A stretch of DNA of 64,000 nt from an uncultured Desulfobacteraceae bacterium (lineage in GTDB: Bacteria > Desulfobacterota > Desulfobacteria > Desulfobacterales > CAZHA01), in NCBI GenBank assembly GCA_964530095.1, contig CAZHAH010000009.1, positions 331 to 64,330 on the forward strand, given 5' to 3'. This document shows, in pieces, positions 1 to 8,983 of the stretch. Made by a program: the position numbers and the translations under genes. Position 1 is the first letter of the stretch. Each line of letters begins with the position of its first letter. Below the pieces are notes generated by a model that had not been told where the DNA came from, made no database searches, and saw only the letters and a list, made by a program, of their open reading frames with translations.

Positions 1-527
1 TGCTGAAGCGCTTCGGCGATCTGCTCCCGGTTTTGGAGCAGGTCCGCCAGGTCGTGTTTGCCGATAATGTCCCGCAAACCGGTTTGAGCGATGAAAGAGA
101 CCGCTTGGACATACCGGCGGACCTCGAGGGCGGCCTTTTCGACATCCCACACCGTCCAGTAGACAACCGCATCCACATTAACCGGCACCGTATCTTTAGT
201 CAGCGTCTTCTCGGCGTTGAAATCAGTGACACGAACCCGCTGGTCAACAAACTTGTCGATACGATCAACGATCGGTATGATAAAAAAAAGTCCCGGCCCT
301 TTGAGTCCATTGAATTTTCCTAAACGCAAAACCACCGCCTTTTCCCACTGATCGGCGATTTGTATCGTCGAGGCAATGAAGGCCGCCAGAATCACGCCCA
401 ACCCGGCCACTATCGGATGAAAGGCCAGCAGCAAAAAAAGGAGGGCATCGATGGCGACCAAAAGGAGAAAGACGGAAATCGATACGGGATTGTTGATATA
501 CCGGAGTTTGTCCATTTTTTCATTCAT
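1..527 (-). CDS. SPFH/band-7 (stomatin/HflKC-like) membrane protein, N-terminal part; gene runs off window start
   Basis: My minus-strand translation from ATG 527 reads MNEKMDKLRYINNPVSISVFLLLVAIDALLFLLLAF...QIADQWEKAVVLRLGKFNGLKGPGLFFIIPIVDRIDKFVDQRVRV...DAVVYWTVWDVEKAALEV. This is a TM helix followed by a stomatin-type core. The start overlaps the GntR stop (524-526). It is absent from the ORF track because it has no stop inside the window. Confidence 0.8.
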   Translation of the reverse strand, partial: MNEKMDKLRYINNPVSISVFLLLVAIDALLFLLLAFHPIVAGLGVILAAFIASTIQIADQWEKAVVLRLGKFNGLKGPGLFFIIPIVDRIDKFVDQRVRVTDFNAEKTLTKDTVPVNVDAVVYWTVWDVEKAALEVRRYVQAVSFIAQTGLRDIIGKHDLADLLQNREQIAEALQ

Positions 528-910
528 TTTCCACCTCCCTGCCGGTTTTGAAGTTCTTGAATCAACTCGGCGATACTAAAACCGTAACTAGCCACGATAC
601 TTAAAAATTCGTTACAAATGCCGGCGAGTTTTGCCTGGCGTTCCTTGGGATTGATGTTAACTTTGGTAGAGCCGATAAAGGTACCGGTACCCTGCTGCGT
701 TTCCAGAATATTTTGAATCTCCAATTCCCGGTAGGCCTTGCTAACCGTGTTTAGATTGACTTTCAGTTGAACCGCCAGAGACCGAACTGTGGGCAGCTGT
801 TCGCCGACCTTCAAACTGCCCGAGGCGATTCCATAACGAATTTGATCGATAATTTGGCGATAAAAAGGGACACCGCTCTTTGGATCGAGTTTAAAATCAA
901 TCATAGGCAT
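524..910 (-). CDS. GntR-family transcriptional regulator, short YtrA-like subtype
   Basis: 128 aa. It has a GntR winged helix (FYRQIIDQIRYGIASGSLKVGEQLPTVRSLAVQLKVNLNTVSKAYRELE) and a short C-terminal tail. It is translationally coupled to the downstream SPFH gene. Confidence 0.85.
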   Translation of the reverse strand: MPMIDFKLDPKSGVPFYRQIIDQIRYGIASGSLKVGEQLPTVRSLAVQLKVNLNTVSKAYRELEIQNILETQQGTGTFIGSTKVNINPKERQAKLAGICNEFLSIVASYGFSIAELIQELQNRQGGGK

Positions 911-929
911 TTACCTCCAATCAGGAATT

Positions 930-974
930 AAATAGTACGATAGCAAGATATTGTAATAATAAAATAGTACAATA
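930..974. promoter_or_regulatory. Two direct copies of AAATAGTAC[G/A]ATA upstream of the GntR gene (possible operator)
   Basis: Copies are at 930-942 and 962-974, 32 bp apart, 20-65 bp upstream of the GntR start at 910. Confidence 0.3.
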
Positions 975-1230
975 ACTATATGCGTAAATAATATGCTTGT
1001 CAAGAAAAAATTTTTCGAGGGTGATCGATTTAGTGAAGGCGGCCGAGAAACAGCAATTTGGATAGATTAAGATATCCTCTTAACATTTTGAGGAAAATTG
1101 ATTCTAAGATGGGCGAAAACTTTTGGAATACCTCTTTATCTTTCAGCATCACGTCCGATTAATTGTGCCCAATAAATGCCACAAAATCAACAGGTTCTAA
1201 GAATTTCATTGTTTCTTGTTTAAAAATATC

Positions 1231-1279
1231 TTGACAGCAAAAAAAGTAAGTGTAATCATAATGGCAAATATGTAATCAT
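1231..1279 (+). promoter_or_regulatory. Putative vapBC promoter/operator
   Basis: TTGACA lies at 1231-1236. It is followed by two direct TGTAATCAT copies (1251-1259 and 1271-1279) just upstream of the antitoxin SD. This layout is typical of RHH-antitoxin autoregulation. Confidence 0.35.
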
Positions 1280-1295
1280 GATTAATGGAGGTTTT

Positions 1296-1541
1296 ATGGT
1301 TCGAACTCAGATCCAATTGACCGAAGAACAGGCCCAAAAACTCAGGGAGCTTTCAGTCGCCAGACGGGAATCCGTGGCCGCCATAATTCGAAAAGCGGTT
1401 GATCAGTTTATTGTTTCGGGGAAACCGGACCGCGCCGCTCTTTACCGTCAGGCGGATTCCCTTGTCGGCAAACACAAATCCGATACAAGTGACATTGCCG
1501 TCCATCATGATCGTTATCTTGAGGTGTCTTTTGGATCATGA
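1296..1541 (+). CDS. vapB: Ribbon-helix-helix (CopG-type) antitoxin, VapB-like
   Basis: The protein reads MVRTQIQLTEEQAQKLRELSVARRESVAAIIRKAV. GGAGG at 1287-1291 favours ATG 1296 over the track start 1278. There is a 4-nt ATGA overlap with the PIN gene. Confidence 0.75.
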   Translation: MVRTQIQLTEEQAQKLRELSVARRESVAAIIRKAVDQFIVSGKPDRAALYRQADSLVGKHKSDTSDIAVHHDRYLEVSFGS

Positions 1542-1954
1542 AAATTTTTGCCGATACGGCCGGGCTTTTTGCCTTGCTGGTAAAGAATGACTATATGCAT
1601 ATTCGGGCAAAACAAAATTTTGCGTATTTTGCCCAGCATCGTGCTCAACTGGTGACCAGTTCCTTTGTTCTGGTTGAAACCACTGCTCTTTTGCAGCGAC
1701 GTGTGGGGCTTGCAGCGGTACACGGCTTTCAATCGAAGATTATTCCGCTTTTAGAAATCATATGGGTAAATGGCGACTGGTATGCCCGGGCAATCCAACG
1801 TCTTTTCGCTCTCAGCAATCGCAACATCAGTCTTGTTGATTGCCTCAGCTTTGAAATCATGGAATCAGAGGAGATATCGACTGCTTTTTCTTTCGACAAA
1901 CACTTTACGGAAAACGGTTTTGTTATCGCCGCCTTTCATGATCTGGATCATTAA
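1538..1954 (+). CDS. vapC: PIN-domain ribonuclease toxin VapC
   Basis: 138 aa. Conserved acidic positions sit in the contexts IFADTAG, VLVETTAL, SLVDCLS and FSFDKHF. Confidence 0.8.
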   Translation: MKIFADTAGLFALLVKNDYMHIRAKQNFAYFAQHRAQLVTSSFVLVETTALLQRRVGLAAVHGFQSKIIPLLEIIWVNGDWYARAIQRLFALSNRNISLVDCLSFEIMESEEISTAFSFDKHFTENGFVIAAFHDLDH

Positions 1955-2128
1955 AAGGATCATCAAAGGGTATTGGGGAGGTTGGCCGATCACCGGCTCA
2001 ATGTCGTGGGGCTGTCCCCCATATAACATATCATATCCCGATCCGTAAATTCCACAAGGCCCCGAAACTTTCATGTTTGCCTTTACTGCTGCAGACCCGA
2101 GAGATCTTCAGAATAACCCAAGCATTGC

Positions 2129-4147
2129 CTAATTATACTGCTCCTCTAATTGGTGTATTTTTTCTATTATCTCCTGAACTGTCTGGCTCAATTCCCCACC
2201 CATTTTGCGATATTCATTCGGGTATTCATCCTGCATAAAAAACATCAAGGCATAGAAGATCGGCTTAAACCGGTCCTTTAGCTTGTGTGGGTTTTCATTA
2301 AAGATCTTTAGCGTAAGATGATATTGCTTTTTAGCGAGTAACAGCATCAGAAAAAGGCTGACATCTTCAGGAAATTCTTCAAGAGACTCCACATTTGTGA
2401 TGAAATTTTGTGCAATTCTATAAGCTTTTTCGATATTATTGTCCCATAGTAATACCATTGAATAAGTATGTGAATTAAAAATATCATTCTCTCTCTTGTA
2501 TGCCTGTTCAGCAAACCCGAGAGCCCTATTCCTATGAGTTTTTTGCTGAAAGTATAACCATGCTAAACCATCCATCGCACCCACGTGTTCTTTATCGACG
2601 GCCTTCAGGTAGAATTGTTCGGCTTTCTTAATATCCTTCTTATGTTTTGAATATAAAAGGCCTAATCTATAAAAGTCATCCGGTTCTTTATTCTTAGCCT
2701 GTTCAATATTCTTAATGGCCGTTTCTACGTCATTCGATTTCAAAGCTTCTAGCGCAGCATTTCTTAATTCAATATCGGATCTGGATAAATATGGTTTCAG
2801 GTCCGACTCTGTCCTGTCCAAATAGGTTCTTGTCTCTGATATCAATTGATGCTGCAAGTCACTTTTAATCGCGGTCCGAGCCAAGGCTTCTGTCATAAAT
2901 AAGGCCTGTCCTTCGTATAATGTGCCTTGTTTAAGCGTCCCTATGTGTTTTTTGGATCGATTTTCCAGTTCTTCTGCATCACACCAGATCTGCAGAAATT
3001 CCACAAGAAATCGGACCCTTCTCTCATCCCATTTCCTCCCAAGGCGCATCAAATACCATATATTAAAAAATCTTTCGGAAATCCTATATAAATAATTCTT
3101 GGTGACCGTTTTTTCTTTTTCGACGATTTGATCTTTCACCAGTTGTTTCAATTGGGCGGACACGGCTTTACTTTTGAGTTTGGTTTTTTTTGCTATTTCC
3201 CCGGCGCTAACGGCATCCCAGCTTAGGGCGATAAAATCAACGATCTCCTGTTTTTGTGCGGAAAGTTTATCCATTCTATGCTTATAAAGCGGTGTGACGG
3301 CATCAAGTATCTTTTCGAGATCCAGGAAGGCATTGCCGTTGGTATCATCCACAAAAATTTCAAAAAGAATGACGATGGTGCGAATAACCCCGCCTGTAAT
3401 GCGCCGTAAGGCTTCCACCCGTCCCGGTTGATTGTTTACAATATCCCTGACCCGGTCTCTTTTATAATGTTCACCCAGTTTTAAGAGCAATGTGTTTGTT
3501 TCAGTGGTTGTGAGGCTTTTAAGCTGGGGCATTTTAAAAAATTGATAAAAGGGCTTTCCATAGTCATAATGAAATTCCAGCATGACCGAAGATGCGCCGA
3601 TGATGCGAAATTCCGCTGATTCAACAAAAACTTCCCTCAATCGGTGGTGTTCTTTCTTTGAGAATTTACTCAACATCTCATCGATGTTATCGATAAATAC
3701 AACCAACTTTTTGCTGCTGTTTTTTAGAGTTGACTCAAGCAGCTGAAAACAGCGCCATTCATAATCATCATCATTTTCAAACTCCTGCATTTCCTCATAA
3801 AGCCCTTTGATCTCACCGGATTCCTCCAGATATTCAGCGATTGTCTCCCACAGTTTGAACAACCGGCTGATGTTGTATTGTTCTTCATTAAAGATTATCG
3901 GTATCAGGCGGCGCCTTAGCGCTTTATCTTTGTCCATTTCATAAGCAATCCGGAGCAGGAGCGTGGTTTTTCCCTGTCCGCGGATGCCTTGAATGATGTA
4001 ATGCTGTTCAGGATACGTCATTTCGGAATTTTTTATTTCTTCAAATATTTCCTGGAAAATCTTTGTCCTCACAACAAAATTCTCGATAAGCTCGCCTACC
4101 GTTTGATTTGCAGGATTGTAGATTTTTGGAAAATCAATTCGCGACAT
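2129..4147 (-). CDS. Large P-loop ATPase with winged-helix and C-terminal TPR/Sel1-like repeats (STAND/ORC-like)
   Basis: 672 aa. Walker A is GIRGQGKTTLLL and Walker B is LVVFIDNIDE. There is a wHTH-like block (EIVDFIALSWDAVSAGEIAKKTKLKSKAVSAQLKQL) and Sel1/TPR-like repeats (RLGLLYSKHKKDIKKAEQFYLKAVDKEHVGAMDGLAWLYF). The gene is AT-rich. Confidence 0.7.
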   Translation of the reverse strand: MSRIDFPKIYNPANQTVGELIENFVVRTKIFQEIFEEIKNSEMTYPEQHYIIQGIRGQGKTTLLLRIAYEMDKDKALRRRLIPIIFNEEQYNISRLFKLWETIAEYLEESGEIKGLYEEMQEFENDDDYEWRCFQLLESTLKNSSKKLVVFIDNIDEMLSKFSKKEHHRLREVFVESAEFRIIGASSVMLEFHYDYGKPFYQFFKMPQLKSLTTTETNTLLLKLGEHYKRDRVRDIVNNQPGRVEALRRITGGVIRTIVILFEIFVDDTNGNAFLDLEKILDAVTPLYKHRMDKLSAQKQEIVDFIALSWDAVSAGEIAKKTKLKSKAVSAQLKQLVKDQIVEKEKTVTKNYLYRISERFFNIWYLMRLGRKWDERRVRFLVEFLQIWCDAEELENRSKKHIGTLKQGTLYEGQALFMTEALARTAIKSDLQHQLISETRTYLDRTESDLKPYLSRSDIELRNAALEALKSNDVETAIKNIEQAKNKEPDDFYRLGLLYSKHKKDIKKAEQFYLKAVDKEHVGAMDGLAWLYFQQKTHRNRALGFAEQAYKRENDIFNSHTYSMVLLWDNNIEKAYRIAQNFITNVESLEEFPEDVSLFLMLLLAKKQYHLTLKIFNENPHKLKDRFKPIFYALMFFMQDEYPNEYRKMGGELSQTVQEIIEKIHQLEEQYN

Positions 4148-5294
4148 TTTGCCTCCACCATATCCTTAATATGGGCGTGTTAAAACGATATATTTGATTG
4201 TCATCATTATTGTTGACGTACCCATCGTAGACCAGGGAACCTAAAAGGTCTTTGTATGTATCTTCTAATTGATATTTTACGGCCAGATCGAAAATTTCAT
4301 TCGAAGTAATCGTATCATTTTCTGAAGCGATGTTAAGCAGCTCTTTGGCAAGATTATAATCCTTACCCTTGAAAGAGGCGCGGAGCCTTGTGTGCCAATG
4401 CTCGAAATGATGTCTTTGTGTGAGCATCTCGCCAAAGGCGCGGCCAATAACATCCTCGGTAATTCTATCGTGATTTTCATCCCTTTGAAGGTCCTTTAAC
4501 TCTCCGATTACCAATTGAATGTAAAAAGGAATCAACCATTCTATTCTTTTGAGAATCAAATCAATCATTGATCTCGAAAGATCAAAGGAAACGTTTTCTG
4601 AAAGGAGCCCAATCAGTTTTCTTGCTTCCTCACTATTAAGCGGAGGTATTTTCAGCCTTGATAGATCATTTATCGTCTTTATCGAATTTAGTTTGCCGGC
4701 AATATTCTCCAGCCCTATTGAACCTGTATATACAAATTGTATCTGGTTGCCTAATTCGGGATCATGCCTTAGCTCACGGTTGCTCTGCAAAAAATGTATG
4801 CCCGCGCTTTCTCCCTCATCTTTAATGATATTTTCAAGCGTTTCCGGAAATTCATCGAGCATGACAATCAATTTTTTATCACCTGATGAAATTGATCTCA
4901 TAATTCTTAGGAGCATTTCCATATAATTATGTTCTTCACGAACGCCAAATTCCACACCCTCCGGCCCGACTTTTTTAATCGCTGGTTTATGTATTTCTAA
5001 GAAAGTCAGCAATTTCCGTGAGTTCTTCACAAATTCAGTTTTTAATACCCGATTCACAATCTTTCTGAAGAATTCATTTTCATTGTTGATGGATTCGGTA
5101 TCGAGATAAAGAAAAGAGAAATTATCTTTCGGATTATCAAAAAGGTAATACATCAATGAAGTTTTCCCCACCCTTCTGGGTGCGGCAATCAGGATGTGAT
5201 TTCCGGACTCGATATAATCCCAGGCCTTTTCAATTAATCCTTCTCTAACAAAGAATTCTTTCCCTCTAACGGGATTACCTGTTTGTATTTTCAT
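4134..5294 (-). CDS. P-loop ATPase (archaeal-type ATPase/PF01637-like) with C-terminal wHTH-like tail
   Basis: Walker A is ILIAAPRRVGKTSLM and Walker B is LIVMLDEFPE. AGGAGAGGGG followed by ATG 5294 (MKIQTGNPVRGKEFF) is preferred over the track start 5366. There is a 14-nt overlap with the downstream ATPase gene. Confidence 0.7.
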   Translation of the reverse strand: MKIQTGNPVRGKEFFVREGLIEKAWDYIESGNHILIAAPRRVGKTSLMYYLFDNPKDNFSFLYLDTESINNENEFFRKIVNRVLKTEFVKNSRKLLTFLEIHKPAIKKVGPEGVEFGVREEHNYMEMLLRIMRSISSGDKKLIVMLDEFPETLENIIKDEGESAGIHFLQSNRELRHDPELGNQIQFVYTGSIGLENIAGKLNSIKTINDLSRLKIPPLNSEEARKLIGLLSENVSFDLSRSMIDLILKRIEWLIPFYIQLVIGELKDLQRDENHDRITEDVIGRAFGEMLTQRHHFEHWHTRLRASFKGKDYNLAKELLNIASENDTITSNEIFDLAVKYQLEDTYKDLLGSLVYDGYVNNNDDNQIYRFNTPILRIWWRQNVAN

Positions 5295-5305
5295 CCCCTC
5301 TCCTT

Positions 5306-5367
5306 TTGACAAATTGTTTGTTGTCAAATGATTTGACAATGTAATAATTGTCAATCGAAATGTCAAG
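5306..5367. promoter_or_regulatory. Tandem palindromic operators TTGACAA-N8-TTGTCAA (x2) plus a half-site
   Basis: The palindromes are at 5306-5327 and 5333-5354, and a half-site TGTCAA is at 5361-5366. They lie directly upstream (minus sense) of the SD/ATG of the 4134..5294 gene. Confidence 0.5.
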
Positions 5368-5495
5368 TCTTTTTAAAATTGATATATTAAATCGCAGAAT
5401 CCTCGCAGTGGTTCTCTTATGAGCCCAGATTAACTGGCTGGAATTAATGCGACAGGATGATATCCTGACCAATCCACAATTGTTGAAGTATTAAT

Positions 5496-5789
5496 ATTGA
5501 TGGTTTCGCGATACCGGAACGTTCGGCAGAAAATGCAGAAATAAAACATGCTTGTCGGTGTACATTTCACCAGATTCAAAGATACAAATCGAAAATATCA
5601 GGCCCGTTGATGGACAGAATCAATATTCATGTTGAAGTCACGGCTGTGCCATATAAGGACTTAATGGGTGATTCACAAGTCGAATCTTCCGCACAGACCA
5701 TTGCCCAAAGTGTTTTTGTAAATGTGTATGAGGTTCTGGAAAAAGGCCGAAATGGACTGATAAAAAAAGAGTGCAAAAGACCTCTTTGA
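5496..5789 (+). pseudogene. C-terminal remnant of a ComM/YifB Mg-chelatase-like ATPase
   Basis: The open frame reads ...[40 protein letters not shown]...ESSAQ. This matches the Cys motif and SGPLLDRIDIHVEV block near the C-terminus of ComM/YifB. The roughly 300-aa ATPase part is missing and the tail diverges. Confidence 0.5.
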
Positions 5790-5893
5790 TTTGTGAGAGC
5801 AAACTAGGAAGGATTAAAAATCGTGGCTAATCACGAATAGTTGGTAATGATATCCTACCGGGCCAATCGTCCCCGAAAAGTTCATCACAATCA

Positions 5894-6190
5894 TTAAAAT
5901 TCAATTGATCTCAGGTGCGAAGTCCCCAGCCAAGCGTTTTGAACTTTTCCTGGTCGGTTTTCCCTTCTAACCATATGGTCCAGGCCCGCCCGCCATCGGC
6001 ATCTCCCCAGGCGAATCGGGCGGGCAAGTGTATGATCCATGTTATAATGTTTAGCAATGTAACCCGTGTCCCGGCCTTGAGAGCGCAAATTATCGATTTT
6101 ACCAAATATGGTATTTTCGATAATTTGAGAAATCCTGTTTTGTCGTACTCCGATGTGAGGAAAGGCCCTAAAGGGCGCATTCTTGATCAA
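5894..6190 (-). pseudogene. Frameshifted stub of an HTH-containing gene (unknown family)
   Basis: Two overlapping frames each carry part of one reading. The first reads ...GVRQNRISQIIENTIFGKIDNLRSQGRDTGYIAKHYNMD. The second reads ...AWGDADGGRAWTIWLEGKTDQEKFKTLGW. The 5' end is overlapped by the iorB stop. Confidence 0.25.
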
Positions 6191-6746
6191 AAAGCTTCAG
6201 ATTATTCTCCAGCACCGGGCCGCTTAGCAAGTCCTCTATGGCATGACGATAATGTTCGGTTCGAATTCCGGGAATCAGACGCAGTTTATCGATGTGGGCC
6301 ATCACCACGATATTCTGCATGCGCGCGTCTTTTAGATCCGCTTTGAATATCTTAAATTCTTTAATGTTTCGCTTTTGGCACTCCTCACTGATAGTTTCTT
6401 CGCTGACTTCAGCGGTACGATTGAGTCGCACTTCCAGTGGTTGCCAGACGGTATTGTAATAAACCAGCGTGCCGCCATCGCGTAGCGCGGTGTTTAAACC
6501 CCTTAAAGCTTCATGGCGTTCGAGGGCGATAACCATATCCGCTTTATGCGCCGGTATTAGAGGTGAGAACAAATTTTCACCTATTTTTAGGCGTGAGATG
6601 ACAATTCCGCCGCGCTGGGCCAGGCCGTGGGTGTCGACCCCTTTGGCGCTAAGCCCCGCATGGTCAGCCGCCCTTATGAGGACTTCACTGAGAAGGCCTA
6701 TCCCCTGTCCTCCAACGCCAATCATAAAAATGCTGTATGAATCCAT
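6168..6746 (-). CDS. iorB: Indolepyruvate:ferredoxin oxidoreductase subunit beta
   Basis: 192 aa. MIGVGGQGIGLLSEVL...GVDTHGLAQRGG is typical of the gamma-type 2-oxoacid oxidoreductase domain. The gene lies downstream of iorA. Confidence 0.8.
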   Translation of the reverse strand: MDSYSIFMIGVGGQGIGLLSEVLIRAADHAGLSAKGVDTHGLAQRGGIVISRLKIGENLFSPLIPAHKADMVIALERHEALRGLNTALRDGGTLVYYNTVWQPLEVRLNRTAEVSEETISEECQKRNIKEFKIFKADLKDARMQNIVVMAHIDKLRLIPGIRTEHYRHAIEDLLSGPVLENNLKLFDQECAL

Positions 6747-6944
6747 ATTATGACCTCATGTTGCCTGTCTGCTGATACAATTCGACAATTTCAATCCTTC
6801 GACGTTCGCAGGTTCAGAGTTCACAGTTACCTCAATCCTTCGGGGTCCATCCTGTTTTTATCCAGCATAGCGCTTATGGTTGCGCCTTACGGCTTGAGAA
6901 AATGCACCTCGTGCCCAAAATTCCATGATTCCATTCTTTTAGCG

Positions 6945-8825
6945 TTACGCTACCGGTTTTGGCATATCAATGGCTTTGGATGGACATGTTTGAATACAAG
7001 AGCCGTCGCCGATGCAAAGATCTTTGTTAATGGTAATGCGGCCATCAATCTGTTTGGTGAAGGTCGGACACCCGAATCTTTCGACACAATCGTAAATGCG
7101 CCGGCACTTTTCCTGGTTAATATCGACTTGCCGTAATGCATAGCTCGATTTTTTGCGTTGTTCGCGGGTGAACTTGAGCATACAGGGATGCCGGGCGATG
7201 ACAACACTGAACCGATCCACTTCCAGCGCCTGTCTCAACAAGTCTGCCAATTGCGCTTGCTGATAGGTATCGGTCTCAAAAATGTGTTTGACACCGAGTC
7301 CTTCCAGCACCCGGCGAACCGGTATTTTTTGGGTAACATCGTTAAAGTTTTTACCGGAGGCGGCATGGTCCTGATGCCCGGTCATTGCCGTGGTGCCGTT
7401 TTCCATCAGAATTAGGGTGATTTTGTGTTTGTTGAAAATGGCGTTGATGATCCCCGCTAAACCCGCATGAAAAAAGGTCGAATCCCCTAAAAAAACGACC
7501 ACCTTTCTGGAATCGTTAAAAAGGGATAGCCCCGAACCCATGCCGGTTGAAGCCCCCATGCACATGAGCAGTTCTCCCATTTCATAAGGCGCAAGATAGC
7601 CAAGGGTATGGCATCCGATGTCGGCCACGGTAATATCAGTTTCTTTCAGGGCCTGTTTGATAGCATAAAAAGCGCTTCGATGACCGCAACCGGGACACAT
7701 CTGGGGAGGCCGGGCAGGTGTATAAAGAACCTTGTCGGATATTTCCTGCTTTTGGGGTAGAAGGTCGGGCCACGTTTTTCTTAAGGCCGCATAGACTTTA
7801 TCCGGTGAGTATTCCCCGACCCAATCCTCATCATCCATTTTGCCATATATTCGGGTAGTGAGTTTTTGGTCATAAGCCATCGATTTGATATCTTTTTCCA
7901 TTTCATCATCGAGTTCTTCCAGGATTTTGATTTCTTCATGGGCGCTGAGAAAATCCGTGATCAACTCTTTGGGCAACGGATAAGCCAAAGCCAGTTTTAG
8001 AATATCCGGCTTAACCGGGGTCTCCTCCAGTACGTCCATCAGCGAAAGAAAGGGCAGTCCCACGGTAATGACAGCGCGTTTTTTATTGTGGTTGTCAATT
8101 ATCTTATTGAGGGGTGTGGTATTTGCGTAGGCCTCGACTTCCCCCCTTCTTTTAAGGGCACGCCGTTTCATGGGCAGCACCTCCGCTGCAATAGGGATGT
8201 AGGGTCCGTTGCGGCGATCAAACCGGGGTGTGGGATCGAGTGTCTTGGGAGTCCATCGGCCAAAAGAAACTTTTTCCTTGGCATGACATACGTGAGTAGT
8301 GAGACGAACAATCACGGGCATGTGTTTTTGGCGCGAAAGCTGAGCCGCTTCAAGATAAAAAGCGTAAGCCTCCTGGGCGGAGGCAGGTTCAAAGACCGGC
8401 GTATAGCTTAAGTAAGCGAAGTGCAAATTGTCTTGTTCGTTTTGCGAAGAATTGGCACCCGGATCATCCCCGAGGATTATGATCATACCGCCGATGATAT
8501 TCATATGGTTCAGTTGGACAAAGGTGTCTGCAGCAACATTAAGGCCCACGCTTTTAAAAAAGACCGTCGCCAGATGACCGTTAACAGCTGCGCCATAGGC
8601 CACTTCAGTGGCCACCTTCTCGTTGGTGGAAAACTCAAAATAGAAGGGTCTTTTTTCTTTGGGGATGCTGTTAATTGCGGTGGCGATTTCAGGCGTCGGC
8701 GATCCTGGGTAGGATGAAACCACACGCGTGCCGGCCTCGATCATGGCCCGCACCAAAGCCGTATTGCCGATCACAATTTCTGAAAACGGGTCCTGTTGTA
8801 GCAAGACATCACCGAGTTTTTTCAT
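6945..8825 (-). CDS. iorA: Indolepyruvate:ferredoxin oxidoreductase subunit alpha
   Basis: 626 aa. It has a TPP-binding GDSTFFHAG block and a C-terminal Cys-rich ferredoxin-like segment (CIGDGSCIQTCP). Confidence 0.85.
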   Translation of the reverse strand: MKKLGDVLLQQDPFSEIVIGNTALVRAMIEAGTRVVSSYPGSPTPEIATAINSIPKEKRPFYFEFSTNEKVATEVAYGAAVNGHLATVFFKSVGLNVAADTFVQLNHMNIIGGMIIILGDDPGANSSQNEQDNLHFAYLSYTPVFEPASAQEAYAFYLEAAQLSRQKHMPVIVRLTTHVCHAKEKVSFGRWTPKTLDPTPRFDRRNGPYIPIAAEVLPMKRRALKRRGEVEAYANTTPLNKIIDNHNKKRAVITVGLPFLSLMDVLEETPVKPDILKLALAYPLPKELITDFLSAHEEIKILEELDDEMEKDIKSMAYDQKLTTRIYGKMDDEDWVGEYSPDKVYAALRKTWPDLLPQKQEISDKVLYTPARPPQMCPGCGHRSAFYAIKQALKETDITVADIGCHTLGYLAPYEMGELLMCMGASTGMGSGLSLFNDSRKVVVFLGDSTFFHAGLAGIINAIFNKHKITLILMENGTTAMTGHQDHAASGKNFNDVTQKIPVRRVLEGLGVKHIFETDTYQQAQLADLLRQALEVDRFSVVIARHPCMLKFTREQRKKSSYALRQVDINQEKCRRIYDCVERFGCPTFTKQIDGRITINKDLCIGDGSCIQTCPSKAIDMPKPVA

Positions 8826-8983
8826 GATGGGGCTCCCTTGTCGTGTTTGGCTATTTTAGTAAAAACAAGTTAACACAACGCGAAGGGTGATGTAAAGAAA
8901 ATGATCTAATAACATATGATTACAATTGGTTACAAAGAAGTCACGGAATTACATATAATAAAAAGGAATGTGGATTTCAGTGT

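Noticed and set aside
33-551. Plus-strand ORFs 33..323 and 360..551
   Set aside because: They are antisense to a clearly recognisable SPFH/stomatin reading frame on the minus strand. Their sequences are compositionally odd and carry no motifs.
6240-6275. GGTTCGAATTCC, a tRNA T-loop-like string
   Set aside because: It lies inside the iorB coding frame. No acceptor or anticodon stems can be drawn around it.
6747-6944. 198-bp gap between iorA and iorB, searched for a small gene or RNA
   Set aside because: Only 13-15-codon ORFs are present, and there is no notable symmetry or repeat. It is treated as a plain spacer.
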